Below, in pieces: positions 36,659 through 45,047 of a DNA stretch of 64,000 bases (position 1 is its first letter; every line of letters begins with the position of its first letter). The DNA lies in contig CBDCXL010000002.1 of assembly GCA_965223795.1 (NCBI GenBank), positions 2,752,001 to 2,816,000 of the forward strand, read 5' to 3'. The notes below the pieces were generated by a model that worked only from the letters and a program-made list of their open reading frames with translations, did not search any database and had not been told where the DNA came from. Made by a program: the position numbers and the translations under genes. The DNA is from Nitrospinales bacterium. GTDB lineage: Bacteria; Nitrospinota; Nitrospinia; Nitrospinales; VA-1.

Positions 36659-37643
36659 TCACCGGGGTTTGACGCCGGTGAGCACGCCCGTGGGAATGGC
36701 CTGCACGCGGAAATGGCGGATGTCCTTGATGCCCGCGTCTTGCAGCCAGCCCGTTTTTTCCTGCACCGGGTGCGCGCGGCCGCCTTCGGTGAGCATGCCC
36801 ATGTTGAGGTTGAACAGCGCGTCCTGGACCGGCGCGGTGTCGCCTTCGTCGGTGCAGAAGCCGTGGATGACGAGGCGGCCGCCCGGCTCCAGCGCGTTCA
36901 CGGCTTTGGCGATCAGCGCCTGCCCGGCGTCGGGCGGGTACATGTGCAGCACGTTGGCGAGGAGCACGAGGTCGTAGCCCGTGATCGTCCTTGTTGAAAT
37001 CGCCCGGTTGCGTGTCCACCCGGTCCGCCAGCCCGTAGCGCTCGATGTACAGCTTGGCCACCTCCAGCACGGGCGGGATGTCGAACACGGTGGCGTGCAG
37101 GTGGTTGTGCAGCTTCGCCCATTCGAGCGCATAGGTGCCCGGCCCGCCGCCGACGTCGAGCATCCGGGTGGCCTCGCCGATGGGCAGTTCGCGCGCCAGC
37201 AGCCAGGTGGCCTTGAGGCCCTTGTCGTGCATGGCGTCGATGAAAGCGCGCATGTTGTGCGGGTCGTTGCCCAGCATGTCCATGATGCTTTTCACCATGT
37301 TGCCGTAGCGGATGAACTCCGGCAGCTGGTTCCACACCGGCTGCAGGTCCATCGAGAGCTGGATCCACTGCTGCATCGAGTGAGCGCCGTCGCGGCAGAG
37401 GTAGCTCTGCCAGTCCTGCGGCAGGTGGAACTTGTGGCTGTCCTTGCTCACGATGCCGAGCGCGGTGAGCGCGTTGAGCAGCCGCTCGGTGCCCTTGACC
37501 GAAAGGCCGAGCTTGTCGGCCACCGCTTCCGCCGATACGGGTGCCTTGAGTTCGTCGAAGATCTTGAGGTGGTTCGCCGTCATGAGGACGCAGGCCGGCT
37601 GGTAACCGTGCAGCATCTCGCCGATCGTCTTTTCGATTTCCAT
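36659..37643 (-). CDS. O-methyltransferase (dimerisation + Methyltransf_2), frameshifted near 36983
   Basis: LDVGGGPG and GDF in one frame; YDL..NVLH..LEPGG continues in another frame. Confidence 0.85.
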
Positions 37644-37804
37644 AACGCTTTCCTGATAGGGGGTTGTGGGTGCGGAACCATTGTACCAGCGCCGCCCCGG
37701 CGCGGGGGAAGGAATTTTATTCCCGGATAAAGGCGGGAATCCGGAGAAAATTTTGAGGGGAATTAAATAGTAACTGATAAATCAATTGAAGAAAAAAATT
37801 TAGA

Positions 37805-38725
37805 CTATGTAGGTTTCTTGATAAGTGTTCTATTTCCTGCCCGAAATGCTAAAGGATCTTCATCTGTCAATGTTGTTGTATATCTTCTATGATCAAGAAG
37901 TTCCAAAAAATTCATTTCCGAACCTGTCTTAGGTTTTATTTTATCTTCTCCAACTTCTTCTATTTCGACACCAGTATTATGAGCTGCTTCAATCAGTCTT
38001 TCTTTAGTAATCTTTTCTAAATCATTCCGAACTTGTAAGCCTGAAATTATTCTTGCGGCTCTTTTTTTGCCAGAAACGAATTCTGCTAAATCTGTAAACT
38101 CCACACAACTAATTCGTTCTCCTAAGCCCAAGGTTTTTTCCTTTGCTTTTTCCATTACAATATTTTCCAAGTCTGCTACAAATTCAAAACTACTTGGCCT
38201 TAAAATGTAAACATTTTTTGAGGTGATGATAAAATCAAAATCTTTGTCGATGGTAAATAAATCTTCATTTAATACTTCAAATGTATTATCAACTAATTTG
38301 ATAAATCTTCCTTTTTGTTTAAGAGTTCTTTTAAAAACTGTAGCCTTTCTTACTCCAATTATTTTGTTTTTTTTATTATCTCGAAAAACACAATAGTAAA
38401 AAACCATTGAACTTAAGTCTTCGAGAATTTTTGTGTTTTCTTGCCAACCTTCTGAATTAAAAATTTCATTTATTTTTGACATCTCGGATTGATCAGTGGA
38501 GATGATTAAGCGTTCCTTTTTTTCATACTTCTGAGAAAGTTCAAAATTGTCCCAAGTATCAATTTCAAACTTTAGTTGTTTTATTGTATCTAAAAGCGTA
38601 AGTTCAAAAAGTTTTTGAGCCTCTTTGTCAACAGGAACGAAATACTGATCCGAGTCATCTTCATTTTCAATGCATGCTATAAATTCTACTGATTTAATTT
38701 TCTCTAAATTAAAGCCTTCGAGCAT
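37805..38725 (-). CDS. kwaB: Kiwa anti-phage protein KwaB-like (DUF4868)
   Basis: 306-aa AT-rich ORF; F.ID..FDF..VYIL...FE and FL.LLD..Y pattern; directly follows a TM gene. Confidence 0.72.
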   Translation of the reverse strand: MLEGFNLEKIKSVEFIACIENEDDSDQYFVPVDKEAQKLFELTLLDTIKQLKFEIDTWDNFELSQKYEKKERLIISTDQSEMSKINEIFNSEGWQENTKILEDLSSMVFYYCVFRDNKKNKIIGVRKATVFKRTLKQKGRFIKLVDNTFEVLNEDLFTIDKDFDFIITSKNVYILRPSSFEFVADLENIVMEKAKEKTLGLGERISCVEFTDLAEFVSGKKRAARIISGLQVRNDLEKITKERLIEAAHNTGVEIEEVGEDKIKPKTGSEMNFLELLDHRRYTTTLTDEDPLAFRAGNRTLIKKPT

Positions 38726-38726
38726 T

Positions 38727-39288
38727 TTAGCTATTATCCTTTTCTATGAGGACATTGTCGCTAAGTCTATAGGCATTGATATGTAAGTCTTTGCTGAGAA
38801 ATGGTTTTTTTGAGAGAACAACAAATAGTACGGGATGATTAAGGTCATTCGCGGTGCCTGTTGCAGCAAATACTGTAAAAACTTTATAGCCAAAAACTGC
38901 AAAACTAAGGTTCATGTAGTGCAGTTTCATGTGCCAAAAAATAAAAATAATAAATCCAAACGCTAAAACTAAAGCAGGGGAATAATTCTCTGGTAGAACT
39001 CATGTCTGATTGATAAAGAGGAATCAGCATTGCAAATAAGTACACCAAAAGATGATCGCTATGATCTGAGGCTTCAGCAACTATAATAGTTCTTTTGTCA
39101 TTATTTTTTTTTGCTAAATAAACTCTTAGCCAAAGTATAAAGTTAGGGATAATAATTAGAGAAAGACATATTTGAGTTAAGAGGCAATCATTAATAGCAT
39201 TAGTTCCTTTAGCCCACCATAAAACGAATAAAGGGGTAAAGCTACTAAGTACCATCATAAATCGAGTAAACCCTAAACCTGATGTCAT
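38727..39288 (-). CDS. kwaA: Kiwa KwaA-like membrane protein, frameshifted at G4 38977-38980
   Basis: LSSFTPLF..YLFAMLIP..Y.N..FAVFGYKVF TM pattern. Removing one base joins ORFs 38905-39312 and 38727-38930. Confidence 0.65.
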
Positions 39289-39359
39289 AGAATTACCCAA
39301 TTTCTTATTCAATTATATATATTCGCATTGGGTAGTAATGTATTCCCAAATGCCGAAAA

Positions 39360-39827
39360 CTACCGATTCCGCGACTTCATGGCCTTGTCGATTTCGCGCT
39401 GGGCTTCGCGTTTCTTGAGGGTGGCGCGCTTGTCGTGCATCTTTTTGGCTTTGGCGAGGGAGAGCTCGACCTTGGCGCGGCCGTCCTTGAAGTACATCTT
39501 GAGCGGGATCAGGTTGTAGCCTTTTTCCTGCGATTTGCCGATCAGCCGGTTGATCTCGCGCTTGTTGAGCAGCAGCTTGCGTTTGCGCAACGGGTGGTGG
39601 CTGAACTGGCTGGCCGGGGAGTAGGGGTTGATGTGGCAGTTGTGCAGCCAGACCTCGCCGCGCTCGACGGTGGCGTAGCTGTCCAGCATATTGGCCTTGC
39701 CCTCGCGCAGCGATTTCACCTCGCTGCCCTGGAGCACGAGCCCGGCCTCGATGCTCTCTTCGATGAAGTAGTTGTGCCGGGCTTTCTTGTTCTGGCAGAT
39801 GATCTTGATTCCGTCTTGTTTATTCAT
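39360..39827 (-). CDS. smpB: SsrA-binding protein
   Basis: NKKARHNY, EAGLVLQGSEVKSLR, RKLLL and K..DKR motifs. Confidence 0.97.
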   Translation of the reverse strand: MNKQDGIKIICQNKKARHNYFIEESIEAGLVLQGSEVKSLREGKANMLDSYATVERGEVWLHNCHINPYSPASQFSHHPLRKRKLLLNKREINRLIGKSQEKGYNLIPLKMYFKDGRAKVELSLAKAKKMHDKRATLKKREAQREIDKAMKSRNR

Positions 39828-39863
39828 GCAAATAATGTATATCGGAATTTGAAAAAGGCGGAT

Positions 39864-39884
39864 CGCGCAAAGGCGCAAAGACGC
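39864..39884. repeat. CGCAAAG tandem repeat at the 3' flank of the GxxExxY remnant
   Basis: cgcgcaaaggcgcaaagacgc. Confidence 0.6.
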
Positions 39885-39896
39885 ATTAGACAAGGA

Positions 39897-40304
39897 TTAT
39901 TCCTCAAGATTATTGACCAATCGGACAATTCCTTTTGATTTCGATCAGCGCTTCTCCGAAATTGATCAACAAGCCCCACTGCTTTTCCTGTCGGCCAATC
40001 GCAGATAGGTCAAAAGCTGCTTTTTATGAACCTGGGAGAGGCTCCACAGATTTCAACTCGATCAAAATAGAATCGGTTTTCCACGAGGAGATCCGCCACA
40101 AAGCCTTCGTCGAACGGGCGAGTTTTCATCAAAACGGATATTGATGGGTTTTTGCGCTTTCAATATGACAGCCCTCTGTTTCGTCAAGCTCATGGAATCA
40201 AGACATTTTTCATACACAGATTCCAGCAGCCCAGGACCCAACGTGGAATGTACACTTTATAGGCCGCAACCGACGATTATTTCAGTCAATTCCTTGAATT
40301 CCAT
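39897..40304 (-). pseudogene. GxxExxY-family (PD-(D/E)xK-like) protein, multiply frameshifted
   Basis: Manual translation gives MEFKELTEIIVGC..VHSTLGPGLLESVYEKCL / FVADLLVE / IELKSVE / QLLTYLRL / GLLINFG / GIVRLVN, spread over different frames with an in-frame stop. Confidence 0.85.
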
Positions 40305-40322
40305 GGCATTGAATTTATCGGG

Positions 40323-40345
40323 TTTTATCCTGTTATCCTGTCTGA
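40323..40345 (-). repeat. 23-bp motif TCAGACAGGATAACAGGATAAAA, copy 2
   Basis: Identical to 19748-19770; contains the stop codon of the DUF62 gene. Confidence 0.85.
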
Positions 40346-41130
40346 TTTTTTAGCTTTAAAGTCACCTTTGTCCCCACCCTGGCCTTGAGCTGGTTGGCGG
40401 CGTGGCCCTCGCGGCAGAAGATCTCGATGGCGTCCCAGCTGTTGATAAGCCAGCCGATCTCTTCCTCTTTGCAGGCGGAATAATTTGCATATGGGCCGCC
40501 GATCTTCTGCTTTCCCAGAAAAACTTCATACTTATCAATTGGTTGTGGCTTGCCGCCCGATGCGTTGCCTTTAAGGTTGCTCATGAGGTTGCCGAACCGG
40601 TCGATGTGCACGATCTCGCCGCGCGTGCCGGTTTTTGTGGTCTCGGGCCGGGGCAGGGCGAGTGTTACGGGGTCGGTGATCTTGTTTCCCATCTGGGCCA
40701 GGGAGGTGCCTTTGGCGATCCAGGCGGCGACGGGGGCGAACACGTCGCGGCCGTGGAAGGTGGCGGACACGTTTTTGAGGAAATACTTGCGGTTCGCCAG
40801 CGCGACGGCCTTGCTGCGGGGGGTGAGGACCGGGGTCAGCACGCCGTTGTCGGGCGCCACGAAAAACGCGCCGCCGGACTGGACGGCGAGGGCGCGCCGG
40901 CCGCTGCCGACGCCGGGATCGACGACGACGCAGTGCACGGTGCCGGCGGGGAACCAGGGATGCGCCGCTTCCAGCACGTGCGCCGCCTGCTTGAGGTTTC
41001 CGGGCTCGACGGCATGCGTGATGTCCACGATCCGCGCTTCCGGCGCGATGCCCAGGATGACGCCCTTCATGATGCCGGCGAAGGGGTCGTCGAGGCCGAA
41101 ATCGGTTGTCAGGGTGATGACGGGAGCCAT
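40333..41130 (-). CDS. SAM hydroxide adenosyltransferase / chlorinase-fluorinase family (DUF62)
   Basis: ITLTTDFG, VVDPGVGS.R, APDNG, TFHGRDVFAP and IDRFGN motifs. Confidence 0.93.
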   Translation of the reverse strand: MAPVITLTTDFGLDDPFAGIMKGVILGIAPEARIVDITHAVEPGNLKQAAHVLEAAHPWFPAGTVHCVVVDPGVGSGRRALAVQSGGAFFVAPDNGVLTPVLTPRSKAVALANRKYFLKNVSATFHGRDVFAPVAAWIAKGTSLAQMGNKITDPVTLALPRPETTKTGTRGEIVHIDRFGNLMSNLKGNASGGKPQPIDKYEVFLGKQKIGGPYANYSACKEEEIGWLINSWDAIEIFCREGHAANQLKARVGTKVTLKLKNQTG

Positions 41131-41186
41131 GCCACCAGTTTAAAGGAAGGCGCCGGTTCGGGCCATTCTTTTGGGTGGGAGAGGGA

Positions 41187-42506
41187 TTATAACGGCGTGC
41201 CGGAAACCTGCTCGCCGGAGACGGCGTCGATGCGGACCGGCACCAGCCGGTTTTTCAGCGAGTCCGGGCCGGGCACGGCGACGGGGATGTAGTGCTCGCT
41301 GTGGCCCTTGAGCCGGCCCTCGGCGTCCCGCTGGTTTTCCAGCAGCACGGTGGCGCTGCGGTCGATGAACTTTTGCCGGAACGTGCGGGATTTTTCCCGC
41401 GCCAGCTCGGTGAGGATGCGGTTGCGTTCCTTTTTGACGGCCTTGGGCAGGTTTTCCTTGAACCCGTGGGCTTCGGTGCCGCGGCGCGGCGAATAGCTGA
41501 ACACATGCAAATAGGAGAACGGCAGCGAGGCGATCAGAGTGCGCGTGTTCTCAAAGTTTTGGTCGCTCTCTCCGGGAAAGCCGACGATGACGTCCGCGCC
41601 GAGGCCCAGATCCGGCACCGCCTCCAGCGCCCGGCGGGTGACGTCGAGATACTGCGCCGAATCGTAGTTCCTGCGCATGCGCGTGAGGACCGCGTCGTCG
41701 CCGCTCTGCAGCGGGATGTGAAAATGCGGGCAGAGCCGTTCGTGATCGGCCATCATGGCGATCAGGTCGCGGTCGATCTCCATCGGGTTGATGGAGCTGA
41801 TCCGCACGCGGAAATCGCCTTTGAGCCTGAGAATATCTCTTACAAGTGAGGAAAAGGTTTCCTTCGGCGTCAGGTCCATGCCCCAGGTGCCGAGGTTGAT
41901 GCCGGTGAGGGTGATCTCGCGGAATCCGGCGGCGGCGGCTTCCTTCACGTTGTGCAGGATGTTTTCGCGCGAGTCGCTGAGCGAGCGGCCGCGCGCGCGC
42001 ACCACAGTGCAGAAGGAGCATTTCTCCTCGCATCCCGTCTGCACCTTGATGAAGGCCTTGGTTTTGCCCAGAAACTGCGACACGGGCAGTGTGCGGAACA
42101 CGCGTTTTTTGAGAATGTCGGTCTGGTGGATGTGCGCCGGGCCGGGCTGCTTGAGCGGATTGCCACTATCGATGCGGTTTTTTATGACGCGCGCGATCTC
42201 CAGTTTGTTGGCGTTGCCCAGCACGATGTCCAGACCCTCGATGCGGGATGCTTCCCCGGGCGCGAGCTGGGCGTAGCAGCCGGTGAACACCACCAGCGCG
42301 TCCTCGTTGATGGCGAGGGATTTTTTGACGGCGAGCCGGGAACTGTAATCGCTGCGCTGGGTTACCGAGCAGGTGTTGATGACGTAGATGTCCGCGCGGT
42401 CTTTGGCGCCGACAATGGAAAAACCTTCCTCCTGCATCAGCGCCTGCATCTCCGCGGTGTCGTGCTGGTTGGTGCGGCATCCCAATGTGGCGAACGCGAC
42501 TTTCAT
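41187..42506 (-). CDS. mtaB: tRNA t6A37 methylthiotransferase
   Basis: TLGCRTNQ, INTCSVT, radical-SAM CxxxCxxC, LTGINLG, and a TRAM-like C-terminus. Confidence 0.92.
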   Translation of the reverse strand: MKVAFATLGCRTNQHDTAEMQALMQEEGFSIVGAKDRADIYVINTCSVTQRSDYSSRLAVKKSLAINEDALVVFTGCYAQLAPGEASRIEGLDIVLGNANKLEIARVIKNRIDSGNPLKQPGPAHIHQTDILKKRVFRTLPVSQFLGKTKAFIKVQTGCEEKCSFCTVVRARGRSLSDSRENILHNVKEAAAAGFREITLTGINLGTWGMDLTPKETFSSLVRDILRLKGDFRVRISSINPMEIDRDLIAMMADHERLCPHFHIPLQSGDDAVLTRMRRNYDSAQYLDVTRRALEAVPDLGLGADVIVGFPGESDQNFENTRTLIASLPFSYLHVFSYSPRRGTEAHGFKENLPKAVKKERNRILTELAREKSRTFRQKFIDRSATVLLENQRDAEGRLKGHSEHYIPVAVPGPDSLKNRLVPVRIDAVSGEQVSGTPL

Positions 42507-42665
42507 GGCGTTGGGTTTCCTGTGGTCCGGATCGGCTCAAGCGGTTTGAATCAAATCGATTACAAGCTCACATCCTAGCCTCGGCCCGGCTGCAAAGCAA
42601 CCTTTTTAAACAGCCCGCCCCCGGTTTCGGCCTGTTTTAAAGCGGTGCGGCGCGGTTGTGGGGTC

Positions 42666-42694
42666 TTGACCGCCTACGGGGAGTCTGTTACTAT
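42666..42694 (+). promoter_or_regulatory. Sigma70 promoter for the fis-glmU-glmS cluster
   Basis: TTGACC-17 bp-TACTAT with an extended TGn element. Confidence 0.6.
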
Positions 42695-42775
42695 CGCCGC
42701 CTAAACCAGTCATGATGAAATCGAGTTCTTCTTGTCCTGCCGGCAACCGGCAATCCGATCCCTCACCCCCCAATC

Positions 42776-43042
42776 ATGAACCGAGTCAAAAAGAAAACCA
42801 CGACGTTTCTGGAAAAATGGCTGCACAAAACCATCAAGGATTACGTATCGCATATGAACGGCGATCAGAACGGCCACCTGCACGAGTTGATCATCGGCGG
42901 TGTGGAAAAACCCCTGCTGGACCTGGTGCTTTCTGAAACTAAAGGAAATCAGACCCAGGCGGCGAATATTCTGGGAATCAACCGGAACACCTTGCGAAAA
43001 AAGATCAGCGACTATAAGATTAAATGCAAAGAAAAAGCCTAG
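42776..43042 (+). CDS. fis: Fis-family DNA-binding protein
   Basis: VEKPLL..V....GNQTQAANILGINRNTLRKK helix-turn-helix. Confidence 0.88.
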   Translation: MNRVKKKTTTFLEKWLHKTIKDYVSHMNGDQNGHLHELIIGGVEKPLLDLVLSETKGNQTQAANILGINRNTLRKKISDYKIKCKEKA

Positions 43043-43776
43043 CCGTCCTCATTCTTGCCGCGGGCAAGGGGACGCGGATGAATTCTTCGCTGGCGAAGGT
43101 GCTGCAGCCTCTGGCGGAGAAACCGCTTTTGCATTATGTTCTCGATACGGTGGACGCGATCGCGCCCGCCCGTTGTGTCGTGGTGGTCGGATTTCAGGCG
43201 GAGGACGTCAAGGCGCGGTTTCAAAACCGCAGTGTGGAATTCGTGGAGCAGAAGGAGCAGCTGGGGACCGGTCACGCGGCGATGCAGGCGGAATCCTGCC
43301 TGGCGGACTTTGACGGGGACGTGCTCATTCTGTGCGGGGACATGCCCCTGATGCGGGCGGACACGCTGAAAAATCTCGTCCAGACACACCAGCAAACCGG
43401 GGCCGCCGGAACGGTGCTGACTCTTAAGGCAAATGACGGAAAAATCAGAGATTTTGGCCGCATCGTCCGGAATTCCGAAGGCGCGGTGCAACGGATCGTC
43501 GAGCACAAAGACGCCAGCCCGGAGGAGAAAAACATCCAGGAATACAATTCCGGTGTATACTGTTTTGATAAAAGCCTGTTATTTAAGGCGTTATCGGGGG
43601 TCGGCCGGAGCAACGCCCAGGGCGAGTACTACCTCACCGACACGATTCAATTCATTGTAGAGAACGAACTGCGTCTGGAGTCGGTTCAGACTGCGGATGC
43701 GGATGAAATCTTCGGCATCAATTCGCGCGAGGATCTGGAACACGCGGAAGCGCTGGTGGCGCAGGGGCGTCCCTGA
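43024..43776 (+). CDS. GlmU N-terminal domain only (GlcNAc-1-P uridyltransferase)
   Basis: ILAAGKGTRM.S..AKVL, EQLGTGHA, GDMPL, NAQGEYYLTD and GIN; ends before any left-handed beta-helix domain. Confidence 0.88.
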   Translation: MQRKSLAVLILAAGKGTRMNSSLAKVLQPLAEKPLLHYVLDTVDAIAPARCVVVVGFQAEDVKARFQNRSVEFVEQKEQLGTGHAAMQAESCLADFDGDVLILCGDMPLMRADTLKNLVQTHQQTGAAGTVLTLKANDGKIRDFGRIVRNSEGAVQRIVEHKDASPEEKNIQEYNSGVYCFDKSLLFKALSGVGRSNAQGEYYLTDTIQFIVENELRLESVQTADADEIFGINSREDLEHAEALVAQGRP

Positions 43777-43822
43777 AGCGCGTGAGCGCCGTTTTGTGAT
43801 TTCGATTCAGGAGAGCTGATTC

Positions 43823-45028
43823 ATGAAAGCCGTTATCTTGGCCGCGGGGAAGGGATCGAACCTCAATCCTTTTTCCTCCACGCGTCCTTTGCCCATGCTG
43901 CGCGTGGCCGGCCGGACTCTGTTCGACAATTCCCTCAATCTGTTGCAGCAGTCCGGCGTCAACGACATCTTCGTGGTGGTCGAGCACCAGAAGGAAAAGC
44001 TGATCCAGGAGATCGGCGAGCACGTGAATAACGGCTTCAACCTGCATTACGTGGAGCAGGGTAAAAGCTCGGGCATCGGCAACGCCGTGCTGAAGGTGAA
44101 AAATAAGATCGCGCCGGGCGAGTATTTCCTGCTCATCTACGGCGACACGGTGACGGCGGCGAACATCTTCACCAAGATCCAGCAGTCCTTCCACGCGTTC
44201 AAGTGCCCGGTGGCGTCGATCTGCCTGCCGCCGTCGAACGAGATGTTCGGCAACGTGTTTCTGAACGCGCACATGAAGATCACGCAGATCATCGAAAAGC
44301 CCAAAAGCGAGGATCTGGGAAATTACGTTCTCTCCGGGGTGTACATCCTGCCCAGCTCGTTTTTCAAGACGCTGGAATCCAGCAAGGGCTCGATGGAGAA
44401 GGCGCTCAAGAAAATGGTGGAGACCGAGGGGCTCATGGCCTCGATGTGGGAAGAGGAATGGCTCGACATCGTGCACCCCTGGGAGATCCTCAAGGCCAAC
44501 AAGATCATCATGGATTCCTGGCAGTCCTCCTCCATCGCCCAGTCGGCGGTGCTGGAATCGAACGTCACCATGCAGGGAACGGTGGTCATCGAGGACGACG
44601 TGGTGGTCAAGGCGGGCGCGGTGCTGGAAGGGCCCTGCTGCATCGGCAAGGGCAGCTACATCGGCAACAACTCGCTGATCCGCAGCTACACGTCGCTGGG
44701 GCAGAACTGCTCGGTGGGCTACGGCGTGGAGATGAAAAACTGCGTGGTGCTCGACAACTCCCACATCGGGCGGCTGTCGTTCATCGGCGACAGCGTGCTG
44801 GGAGAGAAAGTCGATGTCGGCGCCGGCTGTATGACGGTGAACCGGTCGATCGACTGGCAGCCGATATCCGTAAAAAACGGAACCAAAAAGGTGGATTCGG
44901 GAAACGTCAAACTCGGCGCCTTCATCGGCGACGAGGTGGTCGTCGGCGCGGGCAACACGATCCAGCCGGGAACGGTGGTGCCGCCGGGCAAGGTGCTGCC
45001 GGCGTTTTATTCGGTCAAACACAGCTAA
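43823..45028 (+). CDS. Archaeal-type sugar-phosphate nucleotidyltransferase / acetyltransferase (GlmU-like, hexapeptide repeats)
   Basis: MKAVILAAG, YGD and W.DI..PWE, then hexapeptide repeats and KLGAFIGD. Confidence 0.8.
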   Translation: MKAVILAAGKGSNLNPFSSTRPLPMLRVAGRTLFDNSLNLLQQSGVNDIFVVVEHQKEKLIQEIGEHVNNGFNLHYVEQGKSSGIGNAVLKVKNKIAPGEYFLLIYGDTVTAANIFTKIQQSFHAFKCPVASICLPPSNEMFGNVFLNAHMKITQIIEKPKSEDLGNYVLSGVYILPSSFFKTLESSKGSMEKALKKMVETEGLMASMWEEEWLDIVHPWEILKANKIIMDSWQSSSIAQSAVLESNVTMQGTVVIEDDVVVKAGAVLEGPCCIGKGSYIGNNSLIRSYTSLGQNCSVGYGVEMKNCVVLDNSHIGRLSFIGDSVLGEKVDVGAGCMTVNRSIDWQPISVKNGTKKVDSGNVKLGAFIGDEVVVGAGNTIQPGTVVPPGKVLPAFYSVKHS

Positions 45029-45047
45029 TTCTGATTCGAGTCGAGCT

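Noticed and set aside
39290..39900. tmRNA (ssrA) or an att site beside smpB
   Set aside because: No tRNA-like ends, integrase or flanking direct repeat found.
40333..41130. Halogenase (fluorinase/chlorinase) natural-product cluster
   Set aside because: Housekeeping context, and most DUF62 members are SAM hydrolases.
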